In this document: piece after piece, positions 1 through 10,258 of the stretch
How positions within the stretch are numbered: the first letter of the stretch is position 1
Layout: the number at the start of each line of letters is the position of its first letter
Source: Bythopirellula sp.
GTDB lineage: Bacteria > Planctomycetota > Planctomycetia > Pirellulales > Lacipirellulaceae
DNA length: 64,000 bases
Direction of reading: 5' to 3'
NCBI GenBank assembly: GCA_965216565.1
Contig: OZ244170.1
Span: 2,816,001 to 2,880,000, forward strand
Notes under the pieces: generated by a model
What the model was told of the DNA's origin: nothing
Databases searched by the model: none
Seen by the model: only the letters and a program-made list of their open reading frames with translations
Translations under genes and position numbers: made by a program

Positions 1-741
1 CTCGGCGAGCTTCGCCTCAAAATCGGGACGCGATAGGAAGAAGACACGAGCTTTCATCTTGTAGTGACCCCAGCCGCACAGTTCCGCACAAACGATGTCG
101 TAGCCGCCGGTCTTTTTCGCTTTGAACCACATGTTTTGTTGCATGCCGGGTACAACGTCTTGCTTCATCCGCAGGTTCGGCAGGAAAAAGCTGTGCAGCA
201 CGTCGGCACTATTAATCCTCAGCATGATCTCTTCGTTCACCGGCAGATAAAGCTTGCCATCGGTGCGAACGATATCGTCTTCGGTATACAACTCATCGTC
301 GGGTCCGGGGTAGCGGAAATCCCAGTTGAACTGACGCCCTGTCACCTCAGCAATAGGAGGTATTTGGGGAGGCTCCATCTTTGCCGAAGCCCAAGCTTCC
401 ATTTGATAAATGGCGATAAACAATAGGGTGATCGCTGGCAAAATGGTCCATACCAGCTCCAGCGAGTGGCTGCCGTGGGAGTACTTCACCGGCTCTTCGT
501 TATTCTTACGGCTGTACTTCCACATGAAATAGAACAGCGCACATTCGGTAGCTATAAAAACTACGCCCGTGAGGTACAGGATGAACATGAACAGGTTGTC
601 GATCACTCGGCCATGTTCGGAGACGTCCTCAGGCAACATGATGTTGAAATACGGCGCAGCCACGAAGGTTGCCACGCCGAGGACGGGCACCAAGAAGAAC
701 AAAAAGCTCCAGGAGAACAGGAAACTGAATATTCGCTTCAC
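1..741 (-). CDS. coxB: Cytochrome c oxidase subunit II, 3' end truncated by the window edge
   Basis: Missing from the ORF track; translated by hand from GTG at 741 (GAGG upstream): MKRIFSFLFSWSFLFFLVPVLG...HGSHSLELVWTILP...GRQFNWDFRYP...DVLHSFFLP...CAELCGWGHYKM, with the full CuA ligand set. Confidence 0.93.
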   Translation of the reverse strand, partial: MKRIFSFLFSWSFLFFLVPVLGVATFVAAPYFNIMLPEDVSEHGRVIDNLFMFILYLTGVVFIATECALFYFMWKYSRKNNEEPVKYSHGSHSLELVWTILPAITLLFIAIYQMEAWASAKMEPPQIPPIAEVTGRQFNWDFRYPGPDDELYTEDDIVRTDGKLYLPVNEEIMLRINSADVLHSFFLPNLRMKQDVVPGMQQNMWFKAKKTGGYDIVCAELCGWGHYKMKARVFFLSRPDFEAKLAE

Positions 742-800
742 TTCATTCCTCCCCGCACAAACAGGTGTGGGAATTGATCGAGTAGTATATTGAATTCAAA

Positions 801-2102
801 TCAACCAGCCGACGACACCGAGCCAACGTTTTCCGGCAAGGCTTTCTGTGGCTGGCTCGGAGATTCGTACGGCAACGACAACACGTAGTCGACGATATTC
901 CACATTTCTTCTTCGGTGATCGTACCGCTGGCACCCTCGCTAGCAGGACCAAGCCCCGGCATGGGCGTCCCCGCGATGCCTGCGTAGATTTTCCAGAAGA
1001 GATCAATGCGACGTCTTCCGCCACGGTAAATGCCCTTACGCAAGTTTCGCGGTATCGCATTCCGCACCGGGTAGAACGTTTCGGCAATTTCTTGCTTACG
1101 ATCGTAGTAAGGATCGTCGACGTCCTTGCCCTCTTCCATCATCTTTGACGTCGCGGCGAGACTCTCGAGAAAATTCTTATGGGCTTTGTTCCAAATGTCG
1201 TGATCGTCCTGCTGGCCATCACCAAGACCGGTGGGACCGTGACACTTCACACAGTTGGCTTTGACTCCGTAAAACAATTCACGACCTTTTTCGATGGAGG
1301 CAGCCAGTTCCTCTGGCGTACGCGAATCGAGATCGGGAATTTCCTCTTCAGCGGGCACAATGATGGAGTCATTGGCCTCTTCCCAACCATCCACTATCTC
1401 GGCAAGGATTTCGTTGATCGCTTCCCGCTGATCAGGATTCTTGTCCGGGTCGAGACTTATCCGCTGCTCGGTCACTTCGCCATTTTCGTCCTCAACCTCT
1501 TCCACACCCAACTCGTCGTACACGTAGCGAATCAGTTCGGTTTCCATCTGTCCGCGGAAGCTAAGATACTTCACGTACTCAACCAAGGCTTCCACTTCGG
1601 AACCCGGCAAGAGCGAAAACGAAGGCATTGCGGTGCCGGGGACGCCGTTGATCAGCACGCGATGCAGATCGTCATCGGTTGGTCGGGCCGGATTATAGGT
1701 CGACTTAAATTTATAAACGCCCGGCCGATAGTCGCGGGGATAGGGATTCAAGAACTGAGCGGTTGGGCCTTGTCCGTCACCCGTGATCCCGTGGCAGTGA
1801 ACACAGTGCTTGCGGTAAAGGCCATGATTGGCTCCCGCTTCGTCACTCCAAGCCGGGCCAGCGGCTAGCTCGAGCATGCCTTGGTCGAGTCCTGTCTCAG
1901 GCAGTGCGTAGGGCTTATCGGGCGTGCCGAACATTGCTCCAAGGACGTTAGCAACCTCTTGTTGATAGGCCGGTGAAAGCTCGTTGTTGACCGCTTCGAC
2001 CATGTTCAAATGAAATTGCGGCGGCGCGGATTGATTGCATCCCATCGTGACCAAGATCACAAGGCATGCGGACAAACCGAAAACGTTCAAATGATTTTTC
2101 AT
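801..2102 (-). CDS. Diheme c-type cytochrome, probable lipoprotein
   Basis: Two CXXCH motifs (CVHCH, CVKCH), each followed by a GTxMP axial-Met segment; lipobox-like VTMG-C. Confidence 0.88.
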   Translation of the reverse strand: MKNHLNVFGLSACLVILVTMGCNQSAPPQFHLNMVEAVNNELSPAYQQEVANVLGAMFGTPDKPYALPETGLDQGMLELAAGPAWSDEAGANHGLYRKHCVHCHGITGDGQGPTAQFLNPYPRDYRPGVYKFKSTYNPARPTDDDLHRVLINGVPGTAMPSFSLLPGSEVEALVEYVKYLSFRGQMETELIRYVYDELGVEEVEDENGEVTEQRISLDPDKNPDQREAINEILAEIVDGWEEANDSIIVPAEEEIPDLDSRTPEELAASIEKGRELFYGVKANCVKCHGPTGLGDGQQDDHDIWNKAHKNFLESLAATSKMMEEGKDVDDPYYDRKQEIAETFYPVRNAIPRNLRKGIYRGGRRRIDLFWKIYAGIAGTPMPGLGPASEGASGTITEEEMWNIVDYVLSLPYESPSQPQKALPENVGSVSSAG

Positions 2103-2196
2103 CGCACGATTGCCAATAGTTATGTCGAACTCGATTGTTCAGTATTCCTACTTAAATAGACCGCAAACAATCGGCTTCCTTTAACTTTTCCTTGGG

Positions 2197-2231
2197 TCCC
2201 TCGCCCCCTCGGGAAGAGGCCTGGTGAAGGG
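2197..2231. repeat. REP-like palindrome, CCCTC..GAGAGG family
   Basis: TCCCTCGCCCCCTCGGGAAGAGGCCTGGTGAAGGG matches 14206-14240 at 29/35 positions. Confidence 0.6.
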
Positions 2232-2320
2232 TTTCATTAAGTTGGTGTTATTCCTCGAATGCAAATTTCACCCGTGCCGCCCGTGGCTAGCGCCGTCGGA
2301 CCACTGTCTGGGATCGGGCA

Positions 2321-3253
2321 TTAAGTGCCCAGTGCCGAACCGGGAACGCTAATGGCCAGTTCCTTTGTTTCACCTTCTGTTAGCTTCAGCTTGAATCGGC
2401 CTTTTTTCGACCATTTGAGTTCTTTTGCTTCGTCGGTGGACAGCACCAAAGCTCCGTTGGGTCCGGTACCACTTTCGTGCCAAACTTGGATTTCGAGTAC
2501 CTCGCCGGCAGGCAAATTGGGGATCTCGAACGAACCGTCTTGCCCACTCACTGCATAGTAGCCGTTCTTGCGGGGAAGCATGTAAGCGATCATCCAGGGA
2601 TGAATACTGCAACGCACCGCCACAGGGATCGCCTCTTCCTTTTGGGGATTGAAGTCGATTGTCTGCCCGGCCGGAATCGTTTGATTAAAACCGTTCTTGC
2701 CTCCGATGTTGGTATTGTGACCAACCGGATCGCTGTTCTTGATCGCCATCTTCTGACCCAACGTAATTGGGAAAACGTGGGTAAGAAACACGCACTCCTT
2801 CTGGTCAAATACAGCTGTTGGGTCCGTTGGCTCTTGTGCCGATTCGTGTACCCGGGAAGCCGTGCGGAGATAGATGGCGACATTGGCAAGACCACCCGAG
2901 GATTCGTCGACAATGATGGTTTCCTGCAGCGGAGCCTTGCCACCAGACGTACAAGCCGCCCGATCTTTGTTCACATTGTAAGGCTCCATCTGTGGCGGCG
3001 TGCCGTCGAAGACAAACTTGCCCTTCAACGTCGCCCAGCCCGTTCCAACCGGCCCAGCAGCAGCGGAACTGCCAGTTGATTCCGAGGCAAACGACGTACG
3101 GAGACGATCGACTTCGTTCACGTCAGCGACCGGCCCCAACGGATCTCCCCGCTGGCAACCTAATGCGACGCATCCTACCAGGGCAAAGAACGCTAAAAGC
3201 GTTTTGCTAGAAATATCCAAGTGTGTGGCGGAATTGGTCATGCAGTTAGTCAT
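2321..3253 (-). CDS. Cupredoxin-like lipoprotein with carboxypeptidase-regulatory-like beta domain
   Basis: Lipobox-like VALG-C; NSDPVGHNT...CSIHPWM gives a His/Cys/His/Met pattern; paralog of the next gene. Start codon uncertain. Confidence 0.72.
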   Translation of the reverse strand: MTNCMTNSATHLDISSKTLLAFFALVGCVALGCQRGDPLGPVADVNEVDRLRTSFASESTGSSAAAGPVGTGWATLKGKFVFDGTPPQMEPYNVNKDRAACTSGGKAPLQETIIVDESSGGLANVAIYLRTASRVHESAQEPTDPTAVFDQKECVFLTHVFPITLGQKMAIKNSDPVGHNTNIGGKNGFNQTIPAGQTIDFNPQKEEAIPVAVRCSIHPWMIAYMLPRKNGYYAVSGQDGSFEIPNLPAGEVLEIQVWHESGTGPNGALVLSTDEAKELKWSKKGRFKLKLTEGETKELAISVPGSALGT

Positions 3254-3274
3254 AGGTCTGGTTTCGGCTGCGCC

Positions 3275-4087
3275 CTATAAACCGATGGACGCGGGCTTGA
3301 TTTTGACTTCACCTAAGTCGAGTTCCCCGTCCGCAGGAATTTCGAGTTTTGCTCGGCCTTTGCGATCGGTCGAGCCAGCGGAACCCAGCTTCAGCTTCTT
3401 CATGTTCCCCTTCGACTCGTGCCAAAAAATAAACTGATGCTCACCAGCAGGTAGATTCTTGATTTCGAAGCTACCATCCTCACCCGTGACGGCCATGTAG
3501 GGATTATCGCGGATGAGCATGTAAGCGTTCATCCAAGGATGAATGCTGCAAGAAACGGGTGTGGGATAGGGTTCTGCCTTATCAAACTTTTTCTTGATCG
3601 GCTTGCCACTGGAAACCGTCTCGTTGAATGCTGGATTCTTCAGAAGATCGGCCTTGGTGTTGTGGCCCACTGGATCGGAGTTTTGAATCTCAAGCGGTTG
3701 ACCGGTTCTCATCACGAGGGCGTGCGGCTCGAAACGACAGCCTTTGTTGTCGAGCACTGCAGAATTATCTCCAACTTCCTTGAGGTCAGGATGGATGTCT
3801 GCTTTCTTACCCCGCTTCAAGTAAAGATAGACGAACACGTTCTTCAGTCCGCCGTTTTCACCAGTCTCTACCGTCTGATCAACCAAATCGTGCTTGCCGC
3901 AAACTTCAGTATCTTTGTTTACATTAATTGCGGAAGGATCAGGAACCTTGCCATCGACAACGAGTTTGCCCTTCAGCGTGCCCCACTCTTGGGCAGACGC
4001 CTTCGGAGCCATAACTACTGTCGCAACGAGGCAAATGGCAAGAATTTTTATTGCAATGATTCGTCTTGTAACCGTCATTTCATTCAC
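3275..4087 (-). CDS. Secreted cupredoxin-like protein, paralog of 2321-3253
   Basis: Sec signal ending ASA|QE; same NSDPVGHNT...CSIHPWM motif; DGSFEIKNLPAG...WHES. Confidence 0.72.
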   Translation of the reverse strand: MNEMTVTRRIIAIKILAICLVATVVMAPKASAQEWGTLKGKLVVDGKVPDPSAINVNKDTEVCGKHDLVDQTVETGENGGLKNVFVYLYLKRGKKADIHPDLKEVGDNSAVLDNKGCRFEPHALVMRTGQPLEIQNSDPVGHNTKADLLKNPAFNETVSSGKPIKKKFDKAEPYPTPVSCSIHPWMNAYMLIRDNPYMAVTGEDGSFEIKNLPAGEHQFIFWHESKGNMKKLKLGSAGSTDRKGRAKLEIPADGELDLGEVKIKPASIGL

Positions 4088-4147
4088 TCTCTTTCTCTAT
4101 TGCCCTTCTCAATCACTTTGAATTTGACCCGTTCCTCGGACAAATCA

Positions 4148-7100
4148 CTACCGTCGGGGTGCACCATCTGGTGATGCATTGGCGGACTCCGTCGACTCAG
4201 CCGCTGCCTTCTCAACTAGCGGTTCGATCGACGTATTTCGCTTGGCGTAAACGTCAAAGTTCATCAACAAGTCGACCAATCCGCGAAGCTGCTCGATACT
4301 CGTGCCTTCGTACAACTTCTGTGCCACGCCACCCAGATGATCTGCATCGGGGTTATAAATAATATTTACGGGCATTCCGGTGTAGGGAAGGATTCGTTTT
4401 GGATTGGCGACCCAATTTCTCACATATTCTGGCCGGAGACGCCGATAGACGTCCGCGAGGTTGGGTCCAAAGGTTCTCTCATCGCCTTGCGGATAGAAAT
4501 CAGCCACGCCGTGGCACTTCACGCAATAGTTCCCATCGGTGACGATGTTCATGGCCTGGCCCAGATGATCCGGATGATCGTCTTCAGCCTCGGCGAGGTA
4601 GCTGTCGCGTTGTTGCGGTTTGTATTCGTAAGGGAATTCGACCTGCGAAGAAGCAGCAAAGTAGTTCACCAATGCTGACGCTTCGTCGGAAGACATATGG
4701 AAGTTCGGCATCCGCATCACCGCTGCGGGGCGTAGCGCGACCGGGTCCATCAAGAATCCATGCAGCCAATCCGGTTGCACCTTCTCACCCTCGGCCATCA
4801 ATGGCGGAGGCAGCCAACCCCAGGCCTCGGAACCCTTCACCTGTGGATTCGATTCTTTCGCTTTCTCGATCACGTGCGGGAACAAGTAGCGGGCCAAATC
4901 GCCGCCCCAAGCTTCGTAGGCCGTTCCATTGGCCGGGCCGTAGTCCTCACGCGCGGCTGGGATCATCAAGTCTTGCAGACCCATCAACCACTCTTCACCC
5001 TGTAGCAGTGCGTCTTCCCACAGCGTAAAGCGATAGTACGGATCGGACTCGTCGTCGTTCGGATCGAGCGACAGGCCGTCTTCGTCAAACAATTCCGGCT
5101 CGCCCGTCTGTTCGCTAATGGCAGGCAGCCCGCGAATATGAGCCTCGTAGAAGCCTCGCTTGTTGGTCACAAGGGACTCAGCAATTTCGGTGGTCGAGAA
5201 ATGGGGCTCCAGGAATGGGTAGTCCGTCAGCTCAGACGGAGAACCGAATAGATCCTCTTCGAAGGCAAAGTCCCAAGATTCCATGCGCATGGTATGGCAA
5301 CCCGCACAATTAAATCGTTCGAGCACCGCACGTCCATCGACAATGGCTTGCTGCTCTGGCGAGGGATCGTAAACGAACTTCTCATCTGGCGGTTCGTTCA
5401 CCAAGCCGAGAATAAACGTGATAACCGCTTCGCGCTCTTCGGGATTGAATGGGAACAACGGCATCCGCAATCGTTCATTGAAACCCTTATTGCGAGTGGT
5501 CTTGTAATCGTAGCTACGTGGCATACGCAGCTTTTGCCATATGAAGCCATCGCGTGAGTGACCATTGATCGCTTGGATGAAATAACTTGTGTCAGGCTCA
5601 AAATCCGCTGGATTCAAATGGCCGTGACTAGCGTGGGCCTCGTCGCCATGATCGGCGTGTTCGTCGTCATGCTCCAGATTTGGGTTACCAGGGCCTTCGA
5701 GGAACTTGTGAATGTTTTCGAACGCGAGCTTCGAACTATCCTTACGGCCCCACTCGGCTAGCGCCGCACCGATCGGCTTGGCATCTTCATAGCCTGGGAT
5801 GTCGTGGCAGCCGAAGCAGCCGTACTTGCTAATCGTCCGTTTTGCGACAAAGGTTTTTAAGGCCTCGGTGCGATCGGCAAAGTTCTTCTGCAGCAGAAGT
5901 TTCTCGTCGGCTTTGAGCTTTGGTTCCAAATGATTGGGAATGCCGCCGTCAATGAACTCGCGAGCGCGGCTGGTCGGAATGGCATCGCTGGAGAGCCACT
6001 CAACAGCCAAGTCGGCAAGATCAGCGACTTCTTGTGCCGACCAGTCACCCGTGGGCACATCGGAAGGCTTCCAATCCGAAGGCGTGCCGAGCAGGAACAC
6101 AGCAATGTCTGCCGCTGGATCGGTCACCTTACCGGTGGGTTGCCCCGTGGCATCCGTCTCGTCAATTGGATCGAGATACAAGTCCGGCATTTTTGTGCGG
6201 ACGTGATACTTGTGCGGTTGCTTCAACCAGGAATAGAGCCAAAGCGTGCCCTTCTCCGAGAGGTTTCCATCGGCAGCCGTGAATTTCGCGCTGATGCGAG
6301 ACAGATCGGGCCCTTGGTCACTGGCGATTCCCGAGAAGGCCTCGTGCGAATGGCAAGCCAGGCAGCCCCGGGTTTGGAACAGCCATTTTCCACGCTCTGC
6401 GCTTGGCGGTTCGGTGACACCTTCCGGCGGAGCAACGTAATCGAACGATTTGTCGCTATTGGCCAGCAAGAAATCGGTCAGGGCGCGAATCTCGACTGGC
6501 TCGTATTTCAGGCTCTCCTCAAGTTCCGATTCGTCCTCGGGATCTTGCAAGTGTTCGTGCAAGCCAAAGAATTGCGGCATTTTTGTCGAGGGACGGAAGT
6601 CGGCAGGTTTCCTAATCCAACTATAAAGCCACTGCTCATCAACCTTGGAATCTAAGTACCGGAGGCTGGGGCCAACCTTGCGGTAAGAACCCGGTACCTC
6701 AACGTCTTTCAAACTGTCGGCAAGTTTATAGGTAGCTGAGGAAAGCTCACCGTCTTCCCGCTCATCTTGATTGATCGAGGCCAGCAGTAGTCGACGTACC
6801 GAATCGCTGTCGGGACGCGCGATGATTTGATCAGCCATCTCGCGCTGTTCGTCAGTAAGACTTTCATCCAGCAATATCTGCTGCGCGACGCCTGCGTAAT
6901 TCGATTCCAATCTCACGTCTGGACCAACGCGGGTATCGGGCCCGTCGTAGCCGTTGATTTCGTGGCAGCCAAAGCAGCCGTATTCCTCGACAAGCGTCCA
7001 ACCTTCGACCAGCTTAGGCGCGGGGGGCGCGGGGAATCTCTCGCTCGGCTCCAGGCTACCCTTATCGTAGTGGCACTTGGTGCAGTTGCTCTCCTCGAAG

Positions 7101-8701
7101 CGGTCCGGCTTCATCGGGAAAATCCAATGATGATTGTCGAACCAACTGTATTCGCGGGTCCAGCGAGCATGCTGCTCGGCATTGTTGGGTGTGTGCGATG
7201 TCCACTTGAAAGAGGTACCGCTGCCCTGGCCATCGTGGCAAATCGTACAACCCATATCCTTTTCTGGATGCGGGCTGGAGTCGGTCAGATAGAGGTCCAA
7301 CCGTGGATGACTGGTAAATGGGTGATCGAGACCGCGGCGGACTTCCAGCGATATCATTTCTCCCCAATCAGCTTGCTTGAGGAGCAGTGTATTGGCCAGT
7401 GCCGTATCGTAAACCGGCACGTCGCCCACGGTGACTATTTTGTCGCCGGCTTTCAAACCAGCTAAAGCCGCAGGTGTTTCGGGCAGCACATAATGGACCA
7501 GGACCGCATCGGCATAACCGACCAGCGGTTCGTCGGTAAGCTCCATGCCGTAAACGTCCCGCAGCGTTGAGCCATCTTCCGGTTTGCTGCCGGGAGCTTC
7601 GATCTGAAATACTCGCTGCTTCTCTTCCTCCGACAACGTCGGATAGGCCGGCTGATCGGCGGTCCCTGCGGCCGTTTGAGAGATCGCCACGTGACAAGTC
7701 TTGCAACGATCGAAACGAGCTACCTGCGAGAAGTTGTAATTGATGGTCATGTCGGGCAACCAAATCTGGTCGATCCGAACATTACCGTCGTACAGTGCAT
7801 TCAAAACCGGCCAACGGGTAATCCATTCGCCCACATTCGATGTATTCTTGTAGACCTGGTCATTAAGCCGCGAGAGTTCGGTTTCCATCGAGCCGCGCTC
7901 TTTGGCGAGCTCGGCAATGGGCTCGTTGATTTCCTTAATGATCGATTCCAGCGAGGTGCGATAGCGATTGGCTTCTGCGATATCCTCGGTGAGCTCCGCA
8001 ATCTTTTTGGTGAAGCCGTCAATCTTCTCCTGCTTGGCTTCGATTTTATCCTGAGGCTCATTGCCGCCAATCATCAAACCCAGTTCGCTGACGGCTGCGG
8101 TTCGGTCTGCCGCGACAAACTTACGCTGGCCCACGAGTTGGTTTTCGCGACGCTTGGCCTCGCGAATGTGCCCTTGCATCTCGGCGAGCAACGCACTGCG
8201 GGCAACAACCGCGTCTTGACGCGCCTCGGCCAGCTCGTTGTCTGCTTTGGATTCACTTGCTTCTGCCTTCTCAGACTCTGTATCTGAGGAGGAGTCTTCC
8301 GCAGCAAGCTCCTCAACCTGAGACACTTCGTCAACGAATTCCTGGTAGGCAGATTCAACGCCCGAGACGTCGGTCTCACCTAGATTAAGCCTAGCGTCTT
8401 CTTCGTGAACCTCTTCCTTAAACTGTTCGACAAGCTCCGGTTCGATCATCTCGCTTTGCAGTTCAACGATGTCCTTGTCGAAGGTTTCCATCTTGCTGGA
8501 AAACTGGTCTTCGACCAAATCGCGGCGAGCCAACGTCATGCGGGCTTCCTTCTTGCGATTCTGGAGCTGCCACTCTTTCCATTCCCGATTGTGATCCTTA
8601 GCCACTAACCACAGCGAAGCAATCATCATCACCACGGCGCTAGCGCCGAAGACAATGTGCATTACTTTCTGATCACGCCAGGTTTGTTCGGTTGCGGGCA
8701 T
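4148..8701 (-). CDS. Membrane-anchored octaheme c-type cytochrome (1517 aa) with coiled coil and PDZ-like insert
   Basis: Eight CXXCH motifs (CKTCH, CTICH, CTKCH, CFGCH, CLACH, CFGCH, CAGCH, CVKCH); N-terminal TM helix; PDZ-like VLPETPAALAGLKAGDKIVTVG. Confidence 0.88.
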   Translation of the reverse strand: MPATEQTWRDQKVMHIVFGASAVVMMIASLWLVAKDHNREWKEWQLQNRKKEARMTLARRDLVEDQFSSKMETFDKDIVELQSEMIEPELVEQFKEEVHEEDARLNLGETDVSGVESAYQEFVDEVSQVEELAAEDSSSDTESEKAEASESKADNELAEARQDAVVARSALLAEMQGHIREAKRRENQLVGQRKFVAADRTAAVSELGLMIGGNEPQDKIEAKQEKIDGFTKKIAELTEDIAEANRYRTSLESIIKEINEPIAELAKERGSMETELSRLNDQVYKNTSNVGEWITRWPVLNALYDGNVRIDQIWLPDMTINYNFSQVARFDRCKTCHVAISQTAAGTADQPAYPTLSEEEKQRVFQIEAPGSKPEDGSTLRDVYGMELTDEPLVGYADAVLVHYVLPETPAALAGLKAGDKIVTVGDVPVYDTALANTLLLKQADWGEMISLEVRRGLDHPFTSHPRLDLYLTDSSPHPEKDMGCTICHDGQGSGTSFKWTSHTPNNAEQHARWTREYSWFDNHHWIFPMKPDRFEESNCTKCHYDKGSLEPSERFPAPPAPKLVEGWTLVEEYGCFGCHEINGYDGPDTRVGPDVRLESNYAGVAQQILLDESLTDEQREMADQIIARPDSDSVRRLLLASINQDEREDGELSSATYKLADSLKDVEVPGSYRKVGPSLRYLDSKVDEQWLYSWIRKPADFRPSTKMPQFFGLHEHLQDPEDESELEESLKYEPVEIRALTDFLLANSDKSFDYVAPPEGVTEPPSAERGKWLFQTRGCLACHSHEAFSGIASDQGPDLSRISAKFTAADGNLSEKGTLWLYSWLKQPHKYHVRTKMPDLYLDPIDETDATGQPTGKVTDPAADIAVFLLGTPSDWKPSDVPTGDWSAQEVADLADLAVEWLSSDAIPTSRAREFIDGGIPNHLEPKLKADEKLLLQKNFADRTEALKTFVAKRTISKYGCFGCHDIPGYEDAKPIGAALAEWGRKDSSKLAFENIHKFLEGPGNPNLEHDDEHADHGDEAHASHGHLNPADFEPDTSYFIQAINGHSRDGFIWQKLRMPRSYDYKTTRNKGFNERLRMPLFPFNPEEREAVITFILGLVNEPPDEKFVYDPSPEQQAIVDGRAVLERFNCAGCHTMRMESWDFAFEEDLFGSPSELTDYPFLEPHFSTTEIAESLVTNKRGFYEAHIRGLPAISEQTGEPELFDEDGLSLDPNDDESDPYYRFTLWEDALLQGEEWLMGLQDLMIPAAREDYGPANGTAYEAWGGDLARYLFPHVIEKAKESNPQVKGSEAWGWLPPPLMAEGEKVQPDWLHGFLMDPVALRPAAVMRMPNFHMSSDEASALVNYFAASSQVEFPYEYKPQQRDSYLAEAEDDHPDHLGQAMNIVTDGNYCVKCHGVADFYPQGDERTFGPNLADVYRRLRPEYVRNWVANPKRILPYTGMPVNIIYNPDADHLGGVAQKLYEGTSIEQLRGLVDLLMNFDVYAKRNTSIEPLVEKAAAESTESANASPDGAPRR

Positions 8702-8707
8702 TTGTTT

Positions 8708-8766
8708 AGCCCCCGACTCTGCCGGGGGATCTTCGTTTATCCAGTCCCCCGGCAGAGCCAGGGGCT
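8708..8766. repeat. Intra-operon GC-rich long hairpin, REP-like
   Basis: AGCCCCCGACTCTGCCGGGGGA ... TCCCCCGGCAGAGCCAGGGGCT form a near-perfect inverted repeat. Confidence 0.7.
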
Positions 8767-8770
8767 TCGG

Positions 8771-10171
8771 TTAAAAATTGAAAAAATACTCAGGGATTGA
8801 TATCAAATACTTCAGGTTAAACACCCAGCGCAGCACCATCTTGATGGGCAACGACGCCATAAATAGCAGCAAGTTGGCCAGCACCATAAAGCGGATGAAA
8901 CCCATACGCTTGTAGAATCCGGGCATTACCAGGACGGCCAAAATCGGCGGCAAGGCGACAAAGTAGCCCAGCACCAACAACGTCCCCGGCAACTCGCGGC
9001 CAAACAGGAGCGCTAAGAACTGCCCAAACGGACGCAGCAAGTCGGGCATCCACAGCAACTCCGGCGTGCCCGGCAGACCCATGTCTAACAGGCCATTCCA
9101 GAAATATTCCGATATATTCACATTGTTCAGCGCTTCCACCTTGTGCGCATCCCAATACTCGTAGGGACCAAAAAAGTTCCAGTTCGGGCCGCGCAACAAC
9201 GTACCAAGCACGATCAACGTCACCCACATTTCCAAGAATCCAAACTGGAAGGTGATGTAGCTGAACTTCCGTTCGTTGATGGTGTAGTAGCCGTTACCCT
9301 TCTTGTTAAAGTCGATATACGGAATCGCCATCAGCCCGGCCACGATCATGCTGGGCAGCACCACGCCGGCCATCCAGGGATCGTAGTAGACCAGCATTTC
9401 CTGAAGACCGAGAAAATACCAAGGCGCCTTCGAAGGGTTAGGCGTTTTCACACTACTGGCAGCTTCTTCCAAAGGTGCAGGTAACGCGATGGCCCAGAAT
9501 ATGAGAAACGCCGTCAAGGCGATCATGCAGATCAGTTCGGTATAAACGAGATCGGGCCAAACCAGCACCTTCTCGTCATCGAGTTTTTCCAAGGGAGGCT
9601 CGCCATTGGCGATGCGCTCGTCGTTTTGCACGGCTCGATAAGTTCCCAGCCACGTAAAAAACGCGAGCAGAAACACTAGCATCACAATCGGCACGTTGTC
9701 TGGCTTGGCAACGATTTCGTAAAAGTCGCGGTCAGTCATCGAGAAACCAAGGAACAACCACATCAAGTTCCAAATCGTCCAAGCAACAGCCGGAATCACA
9801 AAGAACCCGCGGAAGATATACAGCACAACAAGCACAACCGTGGTGCCCACGCTATAGATGACCGGGCCCGTGCTGTTATTGATGAACTCGCGCCAACTTT
9901 CGGGAAGCGACACCCAAGAGGTCATGCCGCTACCACCAATGGCAGCCAACAGCACAAAAACCGACGCCCACACCAGCCACACAAAAGCGTTCGTGACGGG
10001 CACTGACCGATCGGCGAACGGCACTGGTATGGAGAACCAAGTCTGGAGCTTTCCGGATCGCCATAAATAGAGCGCCGCCAGGCCGTTCATCAGCGCTAGC
10101 GCAATGTAATAGGGCCCCAAGAAGGAGGCGACCATTTCCAGGAATTGCTCGGTTGTCTTTCCGTGAGTCAT
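8771..10171 (-). CDS. petD: Cytochrome b6f subunit IV-like protein (split cytochrome b C-terminal half) with N-terminal membrane extension
   Basis: VWPDL...PAPLEEAA...TPNPSKAPWYFLGLQEML at the PEWY-equivalent position; follows the cytochrome b6-like gene. Confidence 0.75.
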   Translation of the reverse strand: MTHGKTTEQFLEMVASFLGPYYIALALMNGLAALYLWRSGKLQTWFSIPVPFADRSVPVTNAFVWLVWASVFVLLAAIGGSGMTSWVSLPESWREFINNSTGPVIYSVGTTVVLVVLYIFRGFFVIPAVAWTIWNLMWLFLGFSMTDRDFYEIVAKPDNVPIVMLVFLLAFFTWLGTYRAVQNDERIANGEPPLEKLDDEKVLVWPDLVYTELICMIALTAFLIFWAIALPAPLEEAASSVKTPNPSKAPWYFLGLQEMLVYYDPWMAGVVLPSMIVAGLMAIPYIDFNKKGNGYYTINERKFSYITFQFGFLEMWVTLIVLGTLLRGPNWNFFGPYEYWDAHKVEALNNVNISEYFWNGLLDMGLPGTPELLWMPDLLRPFGQFLALLFGRELPGTLLVLGYFVALPPILAVLVMPGFYKRMGFIRFMVLANLLLFMASLPIKMVLRWVFNLKYLISIPEYFFNF

Positions 10172-10176
10172 CGGAG

Positions 10177-10210
10177 CGAGGGGCTAGAGACTGGAGGCTA
10201 GAAACTAGGA
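10177..10210. repeat. Degenerate heptamer tandem repeat
   Basis: CGAGGGG CTAGAGA CTGGAGG CTAGAAA CTAGGA, intergenic. Confidence 0.45.
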
Positions 10211-10258
10211 TCACGATGCAACGCGAACCCTTATTCCACGCTCTCCTATCTCGCTGAC

